DNA of 63,636 nucleotides, filler included, from Nemertoderma westbladi (Eukaryota; Animalia; Xenacoelomorpha), in assembly GCA_032718475.1 (NCBI GenBank). It is 4 parts of 4 records of this genome, joined end to end, with 100 filler letters (N's around TTAATTAATTAA, not from the genome) between each part and the next. Parts side by side here need not be neighbours in the genome. Positions count along the whole stretch, not along the records: positions 1 to 22,572 come from JAUCBJ010003652.1; 3 more parts are not named here. One strand, given 5' to 3'. A model generated the notes under the pieces. That model was not told the origin of the DNA and made no database searches. It saw nothing but the letters and a program-made list of their open reading frames with translations. The position numbers were made by a program, and so were the translations under genes. Positions 9,518 to 22,275 of the stretch are shown here, piece by piece (positions within the stretch are counted from its first letter, which is position 1; each line of letters begins with the position of its first letter).

Positions 9518-11626
9518 GTGACGAGGAGAGCACCGCGGGTCCCGGCAGGTAGACGGGATCCAGGGGGAGAAAGGACAGATATTTGCCAGCCGGTGGATTA
9601 CAACGAGTTTAGAATCCCCCATAAATGCAGATACGTGACCCCCAGATCAAACAACGAGATCGTAGAGAGTTTCATAATGGATCTACACAAAGCGGTCGAC
9701 AGGGTGACACAAGTACCGAGAAGGGATTTAAACCTCACAACAGATCAATTGAAAGATCTAAAGACTTTAAGAGATGACGAGGATATATCGATCTTAAAGG
9801 GAGATAAGACTGGTAATGTGGTGATAGTGGATAGCCAGATTAGATTGAGAGAGATCAGGAGATCTCTGGACGACAGTGATAAATACAAGCGGCTAGAAGG
9901 AAGCCCAGTGGGAAAATTCAGGGCCGAGTTAAAGAAGATGTTGGATGACTTGGATATCGGGAGCAAGGAACTACGCAGTTATTTGGTGCCGAGATACCCA
10001 GAGAATGGATACGTATTTCCGTTACCCAAAGATCATAAGGATCGCCGGGAGTGGGTGGATTGGGGTGGAGGAGGTGTAGCGCCCAAAATGCGTATAATAA
10101 TTTCAGCTACTGGGACCGTCATAGAGAGAATAGGGAAACTTTTGAATACAATTCTGGAACCACTCTTACAGAGAATGTCCCATTTCATACGAGATTCGGC
10201 GGATGCGAAGATGTCGTTGCCCAAAAGGAAACTCAACGAAGTCACGTTCCTAGCGATGGACGTAGTAGATATGTACCCGTCAGTAAGGTTAGAGGACGCG
10301 GTACAAGCTGTAACTCAGGCATTACTTGAGAATGAAGATATTCTAGAACTTTCAGGATACAGCATTGAGCAGATTGTAGCTATGGTAACCTTTGTGATGG
10401 AGCACACGTATTTCGAGTTCGAGGAGAAGTTTTACTTGCTCAATAAAGGCGTCGGGATGGGAGTCCCAGCTGGTAAAGGGATAGCTGTATTAACCGTGAA
10501 CATGTTACACAAACGGGTGAACCTGGTGAACATGTTTTCCGCCATATATTTTAAATCGTTCGTCGATGATGCAGAATCTATATTTCCAACAAAGCTGTCT
10601 AACTCGGTGAAAGACGCAATAAAGAAAATGTACAATAATGTATGTATGGAAGTATTTGGAAATGACAGCATAAAATTTACTTTCGATTTCGATTTTCATG
10701 AATCAGTATTTCTCGACTTGACTTTGTACCACGATGAAGAAGATGGAGTTATAAAGACAAGGGTATACTTCAAGCCATTATCGGGGAAGTTACCGATACC
10801 GTTCGCCAGCGGACATGATAAGGAAATGCTAATACCAACCGCAAGAGGGCAGCTGTTACGGTTTAACAGGCTGTCCAGTAAAGACAATGATTATGAAGCT
10901 GTTAGAGACCGGTATTTGACAGATTGCGCGATATCTGGATATCCGGTAGCGGCATTGGAATCGCTGAGGAATAAGTCGAGGGAAGAGCTAAGAAGGAAGA
11001 GGAATCCGAGGGTTGATAAGAAAGAGAAAATGGTATATTTAACTGTACCGGGACCATTTGGAGAGACCATATCAAGGGTAGTCTCAAACTATAAACGACG
11101 GTTAATAAACTTTCGCTTTAAAGTGGCGGTGTTAAGAAGGAGCGGTCTGAATCTCGGACAACGATTAATAAAGAAGAGGAAGACACAACAACGAAGGGGA
11201 AATGCTAAGTGCGGCACCTCAACGCGTTGCGAGACATGTCCCATCATCCACGATATGGCAGAGACACCATGGGGAGATAAAATCCGGGGGTTCTACACAT
11301 GTGTTTCAACGAATGTGTTATACATAATCACCTGCGAGAAACATGAAGAGCAATATTACATAGGGCAGACCAGACAAAAACTGAGGGACCGAATGAACGG
11401 GCACAGGGCTATGATAAAGAAGTACAGAGGTCCCGCTGCGATGGGACTCGAATACGGAGAGAGAGAGGAACATCTACTCATCGAGCACTTCCGTTGGTGC
11501 GAGTTGGGAGATATGCGTGTAACGATTTTCCGAGGCTTCACGAGGGACGGGGACAGGGTGCATGCGGAAGCGAACTACATTAGGAAGTACAAACCAGCAT
11601 TAAACAAAATGCAACCGATAGTCTAG
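9518..11626 (+). CDS. Penelope-like reverse transcriptase - Zn linker - GIY-YIG endonuclease
   Basis: ILKGDKTG, PKDHK, MRIIIS, LAMDVVDMYPSV, GVGMG, FVDD, FLDL, VYFKP; linker CGTSTRCETC; NVLYIITC..YYIGQT..LRDRMNGH..EHF..AEANYIRKYKPALN. Frame is open from 9488. Confidence 0.92.
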   Translation: MTRRAPRVPAGRRDPGGERTDICQPVDYNEFRIPHKCRYVTPRSNNEIVESFIMDLHKAVDRVTQVPRRDLNLTTDQLKDLKTLRDDEDISILKGDKTGNVVIVDSQIRLREIRRSLDDSDKYKRLEGSPVGKFRAELKKMLDDLDIGSKELRSYLVPRYPENGYVFPLPKDHKDRREWVDWGGGGVAPKMRIIISATGTVIERIGKLLNTILEPLLQRMSHFIRDSADAKMSLPKRKLNEVTFLAMDVVDMYPSVRLEDAVQAVTQALLENEDILELSGYSIEQIVAMVTFVMEHTYFEFEEKFYLLNKGVGMGVPAGKGIAVLTVNMLHKRVNLVNMFSAIYFKSFVDDAESIFPTKLSNSVKDAIKKMYNNVCMEVFGNDSIKFTFDFDFHESVFLDLTLYHDEEDGVIKTRVYFKPLSGKLPIPFASGHDKEMLIPTARGQLLRFNRLSSKDNDYEAVRDRYLTDCAISGYPVAALESLRNKSREELRRKRNPRVDKKEKMVYLTVPGPFGETISRVVSNYKRRLINFRFKVAVLRRSGLNLGQRLIKKRKTQQRRGNAKCGTSTRCETCPIIHDMAETPWGDKIRGFYTCVSTNVLYIITCEKHEEQYYIGQTRQKLRDRMNGHRAMIKKYRGPAAMGLEYGEREEHLLIEHFRWCELGDMRVTIFRGFTRDGDRVHAEANYIRKYKPALNKMQPIV

Positions 11627-11669
11627 GAACGGGTTCGGAGAAGGGAAAGAGGGACTCCTTAGTTTTGAA

Positions 11670-14180
11670 CTATATGGGTAATACTGGTGCCGTCGATATA
11701 GTTTTGTTTAATTGTTATTTTACGGTTTCTATGGTTGCGTACAGTAATGTGGTAGTAATTTTGGGTTATGTTATGTAATAATGGTGCTGTTGATATAGTT
11801 TCAGTTTAATTGTTATTTTACGGTTTCTATGGTTGCGTACAGTAATGTGGTATTAATTTTGGGTTATGTTATGTAATAATGGTGCTGTTGATATAGTTTC
11901 AGTTTAATTGTTAGTTTACGGTTTCTATGGTTGCGTACAGTAATGTGGTATTAATTTTGGGTTATGTTATGTAATAATGGTGCTGTTGATATAGTTTCAG
12001 TTTAATTGTTAGTTTACGGTTTCTATGGTTGCGTACAGTAATGTGGTATTAATTTTGGGTTATGTTATGTAATAATGGTGCTGTTGATATAGTTTCAGTT
12101 TAATTGTTAGTTTACGGTTTCTATGGTTGCGTACAGTAATGTGGTATTAATTTTGGGTTATGTTATGTAATAATGGTGCTGTTGATATAGTTTCAGTTTA
12201 ATTGTTATTTTACGGTTTCTATGGTTGCGTACAGTAATGTGGTATTAATTTTGGGTTATGTTATGTAATAATGGTGCTGTTGATATAGTTTCAGTATAAT
12301 TGTTGTTTTACGGTTTCTATGGTTGCGTACAGTAATGTGGTATTAATTTTGGGTTATGTTATGTAATAATGGTGCTGTTGATATAGTTTCAGTTTAATTG
12401 TTATTTTACGGTTTCTATGGTTGCGTACAGTAATGTGGTATTAATTTTGGGTTATGTTATGTAATAATGGTGCTGTTGATATAGTTTCAGTATAATTGTT
12501 ATTTTACGGTTTCTATGGTTGCGTACAGTAATGTGGTATTAATTTTGGGTTATGTTATGTAATAATGGGGCTGTTAATATAGTTTCAGTTTAATCGTTAT
12601 TTTACGGTTTCTATGGTTGCGTACAGTAATGTGGTATTAATTGGTAAATTAATGTGGTATTAATTTTGGTTTATGTTATGTAATAATGGGGCTGTTGATA
12701 ATTGTTATTTTACGGTTTCTATGGTTGCGTACTAATGGTATTAATTGGTAAATTAATGTGGTATTAATTTTGGTTTATGTTATGTAATAATGGGGCTGTT
12801 GATATAGTTTCAGTTTAATCGTTATTTTACGGTTTCTATGGCTGCGTACAGTAATGTGGTATTAATTGGTAAATTAATGTGGTATTAATTTTGGTTTATG
12901 TTATGTAATAATGGGGCTGTTGATAATTGTTATTTTACGGTTTCTATGGTTGCGTACTAATGGTATTAATTGGTAAATTAATGTGGTATTAATTTTGGTT
13001 TATGTTATGTAATAATGGGGCTGTTGATAATTGTTATTTTACGGTTTCTATGGTTGCGTACAGTAATGTGGTAGTAATTTTGGTTTATGTTATGTAATAA
13101 TGGTGCTGTTGATATAGTTTCAGTTTAATTGTTATTTTACGGTTTCTATGGTTGCGTACAGTAATGTGGTATTAATTTTGGGTTATGTTATGTAATAATG
13201 GTGCTGTTGATATAGTTTCAGTTTAATCGTTATTTTACGGTTTCCTGCGGTCGCGTACAGTAATGTGGTATTAATTTTGGTTTATGTTATGTAATAATGG
13301 TGCTGTTGATATAGTTTCAGTTTAATTGTTATTTTACGGTTTCTATGGTTGCGTACAGTAATGTGGTAGTAATTTTGGTTTATGTTATGTAATAATGGTG
13401 CTGTTGATATAGTTTCAGTTTAATTGTTATTTTACGGTTTCTATGGTTGCGTACAGTAATGTGGTATTAATTTTGGTTTATGTTATGTAATAATGGTGCT
13501 GTTGATATAGTTTCAGTTTAATCGTTATTTTACGGTTTCCTACGGTCGCGTACAGTAATGTGGTATTAATTTTGGTTTATGTTATGTAATAATGGTGCTG
13601 TTGATATAGTTTCAGTTTAATCGTTATTTTACGGTTTCTATGGCTGCGTACAGTAATGTGGTATTAATTTTGGTTTTTATGTTATGTAATAATGGTGCTG
13701 TTGATATAGTTTCAGTTTAATTGTTATTTTGACGGTTTCTATGGTTGCGTACAGTAATGTGGTATTAATTTTGGTTTATGTTATGTAATAATGGTGCTGT
13801 TGATATAGTTTCAGTTTAATCGTTATTTTACGGTTTCTATGGTTGCGTACAGTAATGTGGTATTAATTTTGGTTTATGTTATGTAATAATGGTGCTGTTG
13901 ATATAGTTTCTGTTTAATCGTTATTTTACGGTTTCCTACGGTCGCGTACAGTAATGTGATACAGTTTCTGAGTTATGTTAAATAATACGGTCGCGTACAT
14001 ACACTAAGGTAATATTTAACTTCTGATCTATGTAGTAAAGTGAGGCTGTTGATATAGTTTTGTTTAGTAGTTAGCTTCAGTTTCCTAGCGTCGCGTTCAG
14101 TAATGTGATATTAGTAATTCTGATTTATGTAAGTGATAACGGTTTTGTTTAATAGTTATTTTTTGCGGTTACTATGGTCG
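11670..14180. repeat. 98-bp AT-rich tandem satellite (~25 units)
   Basis: GGTGCTGTTGATATAG recurs at 11783, 11881, 11979...; variant units at 12600-13050; degenerate at both edges. Confidence 0.95.
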
Positions 14181-14424
14181 AGGAGGTACAAAAATAATTA
14201 TGGTAATGTTAAGGGTATTTGGTGCAGTAGATATAGTATTGTGCAATAAGGTACGCTGGCTACAGTATATCGGCCGAGCCTACGCGTAGGTCATTATTTA
14301 TAGACTGAGGGAGGGAGTTTGTACTACAGGACAGTAGTGCAGCATTTAACTGACGGTACATTTGTACACGTTGCACTGCTGTACAGTTGGTTGGACTATT
14401 AATTGTAGAATATAGGCAACTGGC

Positions 14425-14462
14425 CTACCAGAAAGAAAACGTCTGGTTGAAACGTGTAGTGG
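14425..14462 (+). ncRNA. Degenerate minimal hammerhead ribozyme motif
   Basis: CTAC-CAGAAAGA-A-AACgtctgGTT-GAAA-CGTGT-A-GTGG: HHR layout, but the core box deviates from CUGANGA. Confidence 0.4.
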
Positions 14463-14567
14463 AAACATAAATCTTCTATATTTGGTTTGCTTTAGCCTTC
14501 TGTTTGGTACTGTAGAATTTCTGTATGTAGGGCCAGTCTTGCTGTTGGTTTTTATTGTTGAATTGGT

Positions 14568-14604
14568 GCTCTGAAGATGGCCCTAGGGGCAGAAATATAT
14601 AAGC
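14568..14604 (+). ncRNA. Minimal type I hammerhead ribozyme (PLE-type)
   Basis: GCT-CTGAAGA-TGGCCCTAGGGGCA-GAAA-TATAT-A-AGC: stem I GCT/AGC, CUGANGA box, GC-rich stem II with one mismatch or bulge, GAAA, palindromic stem III, predicted cleavage after A14601. Confidence 0.75.
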
Positions 14605-15389
14605 TGGGTTGAATATTTAATATTTAAGGTTTAATATCGAGGGTAGTCCCCTAGCTCGACGTCCGGTTTCGATAAAATATACAATTTTTTGAAATGTCAT
14701 ACTGCACATACTTTTGCTTCTGCTCCAAAAATACCCATTAGGACTCACAACTAAACATCACATATTATATTAATTAACTAGGGAATTTTCATTCAGAATA
14801 CAATTACAATCTGAATGATTGATTAGATCATTAGGTTAATTACTGTCCTATTTCTATGGCTAATACTTACAGAAACAATTTACAATCGATACTGGAACAT
14901 TGAAAGTAAAAGTTGAGATTTTAGGTTGTAAACAGTTTGTATTTAAGGAAGGTGCAATAAATATATTTTTACAGTATAAATGATATAAGTTGTGTTTAAA
15001 TCGGTTGTATACTTATGTTGTTAGGCCTATTGCTGTCCAAGGAAACTGTTCATCTGTATAATTATAACGACTCTAATATCTAGTTTGTATAAACTATAAA
15101 AGAACAGTTATTGCGTTTGTACAGTTTCAATGTTCTCCAATTATTTTGTAAGTTACTCTGTATGAATGACGTCTGAGTTTGTGGGATTTACTTTTATCTT
15201 AGTATTATAATGAGCTGATTGTTATTCTTTCGCCATGCGCTCGAACGAATGATTTTGGATCGAATCACACACATGAGTGCATTATAAAGCTCACGCGCCC
15301 AGACATTGCAACAACTGCTTCGCCAACCGTAACCTCCAAATGAACTACAGTTTCCAAGCAAAAATTATTTGTAAATCTTCAGATTTACT

Positions 15390-16361
15390 TACTGTAAGAA
15401 AATCGTGTCTGTTTGTTTGTTTGCTTGTCTGTCTTTCTGTCTGTCTGTTTTTCACGCGAAAGGCTCCGAAACTATCTGGTCAATTGTTTTGTTTTTAGTA
15501 CCCTCCTGTAGTGTATGGTCTGAATGGGTGTATAAAGCAATTTTCAGAAAAATAGTCATTAGTTTTTGCAAAAAATGAACGAAAAATAAACAAAAAGTGC
15601 CATAGACGCAATGGTAAAATAACACCAATAACAGCTGGTGTTCAAAATAGGTTATGTAATGCATTTCTACACAAGGCTTAGTATAAATCGACGAGGTTGC
15701 CAAGATTATTGTACTTAGTACACCCATACTGTTTGCTTAGGCCCTACTGCCTAAACTCCACTCCCTTACAAACTTGAAATTCTTCATAGTGTGTGTTAAA
15801 TATGTTATACAGCTGATAGCCTTCTCAGTCAAGGTATGGGCGATGAATTTTAGTAATAATGTAGGTCTTCAACTCTAGTACTACAATAATTGGGGTAATT
15901 AGAATCATGAGAGGGAAACGTTGGTATTTTTGTTTCAGCTGATGGATGGTATTTACATCCGGCGTGCTTGCACGCCACTAATTTATAAAGCTATTTCTTG
16001 TTTTTACATGTACAGGGAAAATTAACAAATCTAATGGTGAACAATTTATCGTCCTGAACGGTCCAATTTCACAGATGTGTTTTTTGCCGCGTTTTTTTGT
16101 CCAGTTTTGGGACTAGTTTTTTTTGTCCGCGTTTTTTTAGCGCGTTCTTATGTGGTGTCGTAGGCCGCATTTGTGGACGCGGCAAAAAACGCCTCAAAGA
16201 AAATGTTTTTTAAATATTATCATGTATTTTTCCACAGGGAAGACCAATAAATATTCTGACTCTTTTGTGCAGTAAATAAAATAGATTATTTTATATATTT
16301 ATTATTTACATATAGTAGATATAAATTTACCGAGCTCAGCTAGCGAAGTCCATACGCTAGT
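15390..16361 (+). mobile_element. Possible non-autonomous Helitron/Helentron (HINE-like) remnant
   Basis: (CTGT/TTGT)n microsatellite followed by AACTATCTGGTCAATT near the 5' side and GCGAAG...GCTAGT at ~16343-16361; ends may not belong together. Confidence 0.3.
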
Positions 16362-17142
16362 CCAATGAACGAGTAGGTAAATAATAACAATTTTTACATG
16401 GAAATAAAATATTACTTTATACCCCGCTGGCCACAAGACGAAATACGACGTCTAACACGGCAATGTGTCGGAACTTCTTTAAGGATTTCTACGCCATGAA
16501 ATTCTAGATAAATGGAGCCATTCAGTTCGAACATATCCGAACGACACGAACGAACGTAGCGAATGATTGCAAATAGAGGTATGATAGAGTTAGGACACTG
16601 TAAATTACTTTGTAACAGGTATGTATGTAGTTTTAACACAAAATTGAAATATTATTTTTTTTATTTTATTATTTATATTTTTTTTTTATAATTGCTGATA
16701 AAAGACAACATATTAAACATTTGATGTTACAAAAAGTGTTAAAGTTGGTGGAATTTCTCGAATTTTGTAATTGAATCGAAGTAAAAAAAGATTATCACCT
16801 GTAATATTTAAAATATTTACCTGGTAATTAAATAAACTTTCATGCGTTACTGGAAATAATTGATTAAGTGGAAGCATTCTGCTGACATGCAGCGATTTAA
16901 AGGACTCCACTTGACCGAAGTTTATTGCTGACATTCTGTCCGACCTTTCCCTATTGTCCCTGTTGTTCTGATATTTCCTGCTCGCGGATAAAGTTAATTG
17001 AAGTACAGGATGTAGGATGCGTGGAGAGGTTATAATACCGGTAATGTACTTGTCCCTTGCAGCTGTCTATAGTAAAGTGTAAGCAAAATTAAATCGCCCA
17101 AGTGAAAATATGGTGCTAAACTACAGTATATTATTTTCCCTA

Positions 17143-18020
17143 CTACTACTACTACTACTACTAGGTCGAGCGAACTCGGACAGTGGAAATGAGATCCTTC
17201 CAGGCTTCCCGATTCTCCATAGTTGTCGCAATTTCGTTTCTCCCAAGTTCAGTATCCCTTTCAAGTTGATCTATATATGTTATGGCAGGTCGTCCACGAC
17301 TACGCTTTCCATGAGTTGGTTGCCAGAGAAGTAGATCTGGTATGACCTCGTCTTTACTTCGCCAGCAGTGCCCACTGAATCTTAATCTGCGTTCACGGAG
17401 GGTGGTTGATACAGGTGGTATTGTACCATAAAGCTCGGCGTTTGTCATGTGTTGTCTCCAGCTGATATTTAGGGCTGCCCTTAGTAGTCTTGTGTAGCAA
17501 CCATCAATGCGTTGTTCAAGTGATTTAGTCAGTGTCCAGGTCTCACCCCCGTATAAAAATACACTTTCCACTGTGGCTCGAAAGAACTTAGTCTTCAGGT
17601 GCCTGGAGAGATCTGATTTCCAGATGGTATCCATTTTTGATAGAGCTACCCAAGCCTTTGCTTTCCTAACTTCTATGTCCTTTTTGCTACTCTCTATCCA
17701 TGATCCAAGGTACTGGAAGTCATCGACCTTCCTTAGTTGATTATTATCAATGGTTGTCAAGTTTCCATTAACTTTAAAATTCATGAATTCCGTCTTGGTA
17801 GCATTTATATGCAATCCAACCCCCTTAGCAGTCCTCTCCACTTTATTTAGTAGAAGCTGTGCATCTGCTAGCGTATTAGAGAGCAGGGCGATGTCATCCG
17901 CAAAGTCGGTGTCTGTGACTGTAGTTGCCGGATATCTACTACTTCTACGTTCTTGAAGTGTGAATCCCAGATCTTCACCCTTTGTGGCCGTCCTCATTGC
18001 GTAATCCAGCACAATTACAA
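17143..18020 (-). mobile_element. RTE-clade LINE, 5'-truncated (family A), with 13-bp TSD
   Basis: ORF 17161-18012 with DFADD, GLHINATKT, FQYLGS; (TAG)n tail; TSD ATTATTTTCCCTA at 17130-17142 and 18021-18033. Confidence 0.93.
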
Positions 18021-18102
18021 ATTATTTTCCCTAATGTTATTAAAATTTGTAGACAATTATTTGGTGGGTATTGTACATAAATTCAACAGATGCAACGCGC
18101 CA

Positions 18103-18254
18103 GTATAGTATGATGTTAGCTCGAGTCGAAGTAGGCAAGAGCATGCAATGTGGTATAGTATGATGTTAGCTCGAGTCGAAGTAGGCAAGAGCATGCAATG
18201 TGGTATAGTATGATGTTAGCTCGAGTCGAAGTAGGCAAGAGCATGCAATGTGGT
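18103..18254. repeat. 50-bp tandem repeat, 3 copies
   Basis: TGATGTTAGCTCGAGTCGAAGTAGGCAAGAGCATGCAATGTGG at 18111, 18161 and 18211. Confidence 0.92.
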
Positions 18255-19849
18255 TTGAAACTAACTTTAAGTTAGCATGAGAAAACAATTTGGTGCGAAT
18301 TTGACGCAAAAGAGTAGCTATAGGTTTCGAGCAGTGTGGGACAATCTCTATGTAATAATAGACAATATTTTTTTGCATTTAATATTTAAAAATCTACGCT
18401 CATTAAAAAAGTACTTTTTTATAAATATATTCGGCAATGGAGAAAATTCGAGCGTCTATAGAACTTGAATTCTTTTAAAGGATTTGAGAAAGGAGAAGTT
18501 AAACAGATTGATGATGTTAAACTCAGCTAGATTGCTCTAAGTATGGCGACTTATATGTCCAGTGCGGTCCCCCCAGAACTGCACTCCCAGAGGAAACTTT
18601 GTTAAACTACCAATATTAATGCTTTTGCATTCGTAGCATTTCGTATTTACAATATCAGTGAGCGGCGAGCCATTGTGAGACGGAGATAAATCAAGTTAAC
18701 CGGTAAAGTAACAATCTATAATCCGCCGGACGAATTAATTACGTTGGTCGAACTTAATCCGCATGGAATTACAGTTTGCAGGGTATCCTGGTATCAATTT
18801 ATATCAGTTCTACATTCCTACCTCATATGCCTGGTTAATTTCTGATCTGTATTGTTTCAACTGTTATTCTGATATCCTCAACTAATTGACCAGACGCCAG
18901 AACCATCTAAGTGTTGATCAATTTGGTGAGTTGATGTTTCATATTTGAGTATTGCGATTTGCAATTCTCTTCTTAATTTCGATAAGAAATTGAAATGTTA
19001 TCCTGTTATATAATACCTGCCGGATTTTGGTTTGTAGGAGACAGCGTATTATAATTTGATTTAAATTCTTGGACCAGCTCGTGAGTGTCAATGCTAATTT
19101 ATAGACACTATTTGAAGGCTTTTTAACTACATTTTAGTGTTATATTTTATTTGTAACCAATGTAACATAAAGGACCCCTTTGGAAACAAGCTGAACATTT
19201 ATTTACTCACTATTAGATGTTGCTACACAAGGCTTCATTCTATTACAAATTCTAAATGGCTTGGTTTTTCTAGGTTACGTGCCTTTGTTATCTCGGAGGC
19301 CCCTATCACAAGCCGAGCAAATTTTACTTCTAAAGGATTGATAATATATATCAGAAAATGAAATAAAAAATGTGTATTGGCATAATAATTAAAATATTAG
19401 TCCTGTATTTAAATATATTAATATAATCATTAACTTATTTTACATTTTTTTAATCATCATATATTTATGGAGGCACTAGACCTTGGCCTGGTCGATCTAT
19501 TCCTAAATCCGGCCTTGATCCCTGCATCAAACAAAGTATATATTACCTTCTAAATAAATTAACGTAAAATGTCAAATGCAACCAGTATACAACTGCTCGA
19601 TGCCTGTAAAAGCCCCAATAAACAATAGACAATAAAAGCACCAATAAAATATATATATATTTATTTTATTTCATTTATTTCATTATCTCATTATATTTAA
19701 ATATATATTTTCTGACCCTGCAACTTGCAATAATAGCATATAGCATCTGTTTGCTACAGCCTGCTCGTTTTAACTCTACTATTAACTTGAAAATGAACAC
19801 TTATCATAATCGTTAACGAAGTATAGATTGAAGTGAACGCATGAAGAAC

Positions 19850-22275
19850 CATTAATATTAATTGATAATTTTATTATTTAATTAATCGTCAAGCAAGTGA
19901 AGTAAAAAACCTTACCGGTAGGTATGCAAGTATGTAATAAACTAAAAAGCAACTGGACCTAGACGGTTGTATGCAACCAGCTGGCGGCGGTCAGCTGAGA
20001 GGTTTCGCCTCACGAAGAAAGGCATTCTCCCCAGGAGGCCAAGCCAATAAATGACATTTAGAGCGTGAAGTCCCAAAGGGAGAAGGAACGGACAATGAAA
20101 CAAAGAGATACCAGTAACTATCAACTGGGAAGCAGCACCACAAATTTGCGCCAATCACGTTTCGGCTTGTCGATAATGGGCCGGCGAGTGCGAATATAAT
20201 GCATTTCAAGCTTTTGCAGATCAGGCAACAATGGGTGCCGTGCAATTAATTTGAAATTTTTCAAAAACTAGAAAGGCCAGACTTTGCCTACCCCTAGAAA
20301 GGTCAAGTGTGTCAATTTTGACACACACCATTATTCAGTGTAAATTCACCCCAATTGTCTGCCTATTCGAGCCATATTATAATCTCATCAACAACATCTA
20401 ACAACATATTTGCAGTATAGCATGATCGTTAATGCTAAATATACCATAAATGTATCATTTTGGCTATATACCAGTCTATCATCATATGTAGGCCCTATGT
20501 AGTCCTACTTATGGTATTTTAGTTAGCTATAACATTATTTTGACAGCATAGCATTATAAGTAATGATATATATTGCATATCATATCTTAATATCGAGATT
20601 AAAAGAATATAAATTCTGGACATACTAAAAGAGCTGTAATAATTAGGTCGATATGGTCTGGAGTGGTTGTTATTTAGGCTCGAACATAGCAACAACGGCT
20701 TTGTATCATAGCATTATAGACCATGCTATGTCGAACGCGATGGCTATATTTGGTGCAATATTAGTATTCAAATCAGTACCAATAGTCCATAAACCGGTTT
20801 CCAATATCATATTACATATAATATGTAATTTACAAGTATTACAATGTATATTACAATAAATAAATTGAATAAATTCTATAAAAGTTACAATATTATTGTA
20901 TCTACACAAGTCTACCCTAAGCACTAATGCGTCCGGGATCCTGTGCTTTCTAGTACAGTACACAGCAGGCAAGCAAATATTATTTAGAAGAACGTAAAAA
21001 GAAATATTAATAGGAATTTAGCTTAGGGGTATATTTTCTACGGTGTAGGTGGTCGTCTTGTTCGTCTTATCGTAATATATTTTTTATCCGGAATTACAAT
21101 AAAGAAACTAAATGTCATCAGTTCTTATTATTTTACTTGCGCGACCGACTATGCCGTGCATTGTACTACAACTGTTAGACCACAACAAACATGTATGGTG
21201 GCTGGGTTTCATACGATCCTATTATTATAATACTATATCGAATTCAGTTATTGGTATATCAGTTTCGCAAACACCTAATGATACAGTCCTACCCGTACTC
21301 ATCGGTACTCACTAGTCATTTTAGTGTCTTGGCCTTTACAGTTACATGATACAGTTAGGTACTGTGCGTACATACTTTATCAACGGTTACTCTCTTTACC
21401 GTTAGTTCTTTACATCATTGTAACCAAATATGTCCTAGGACCTAGAGCATCAAATTGCAGATACCGAACCAAAAAGCTTGTCTTTAGTAAAACAATAAAA
21501 ATAGAAATACCTGTTAGAATTTTACACCACAGAAGTTCAAAAGTAATTATAAATTATATGTCACAACATGGCCTAGTTGAAAGAAGGCTGCTTAATGTGC
21601 TTTTTTTTTATAACTAAATGTTTAAACTTCACCACAAACAATCTCTCCAAAACCACCTGTAACAGGAAAAGTAAGATATAATAAGGACAAACGAGTTTCA
21701 GAATCAGATGCGAGTTAAAATTTGAGTCTAGAATCGGCCAGAGAAAATATTTAGTTTTTTTTAACTTTGTTAACTTTGAACTTGTAAAATTTTCTTAGTA
21801 GGGATGGCTGTAAAAAAAAATTTTACTCCATGAGCTTGTAGAACTTTCTAAAGTAGTAAGACTTCGGAAAATGTACACCCACAGTCATGAGATAATGCAT
21901 GTGAGGCATCAAAGTCGAAATTGGTCCTGGTTCTATCTAACGCGTTCGATCAGGTGTTGTTTGATAGTGTGTTAAACATATTCCCACTTACAAGAGGGGC
22001 AAGATAATGAATGAATACACGACGTTAGAAGCAAGAATACTTGGGACAGGGTGTTTCAGAGATGGGAGCAAACAGATCGGTTGAATGTCTTCCTTCGTGA
22101 GGCGAAACCTACCGGTCAGCTGACAGTCGTCAGCTAATCACTGATTCTGATTGTATGCAACCGTCTAGGTCCAGTTGCTTTTTAGTTTATTACATACTTG
22201 TATACCTACCGGTAAGGGTTTTTTATTTAACTTGCTTGACCATTAAATTAAATAATATAATTAACCTCATCAATT
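19850..22275. repeat. Pair of ~180-bp inverted repeats (19850-20028 / 22083-22275), possible non-autonomous TIR element
   Basis: CCTTACCGGTAGGTATGCAAGTATGTAATAAACTAAAAAGCAACTGGACCTAGACGGTTG...AGGTTTCGCCTCACGAAG appears reverse-complemented ~2.1 kb downstream. Confidence 0.7.

Larger units (their letters stand above)
9450..14671 (+). mobile_element. Penelope-like retroelement (Neptune-like), 5'-truncated, with long satellite-containing 3' region and hammerhead motifs
   Basis: RT+GIY-YIG ORF, then a 98-bp array and HHR motifs; flanked by a 13-bp direct repeat ATAAAATATACAA (9437-9449 / 14672-14684). Boundaries are inferred from that repeat. Confidence 0.65.

Noticed and set aside
18760-19020. 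Possible very old LINE fragment on the minus strand (LRWF-like)
   Set aside because: Too degenerate to support by eye.
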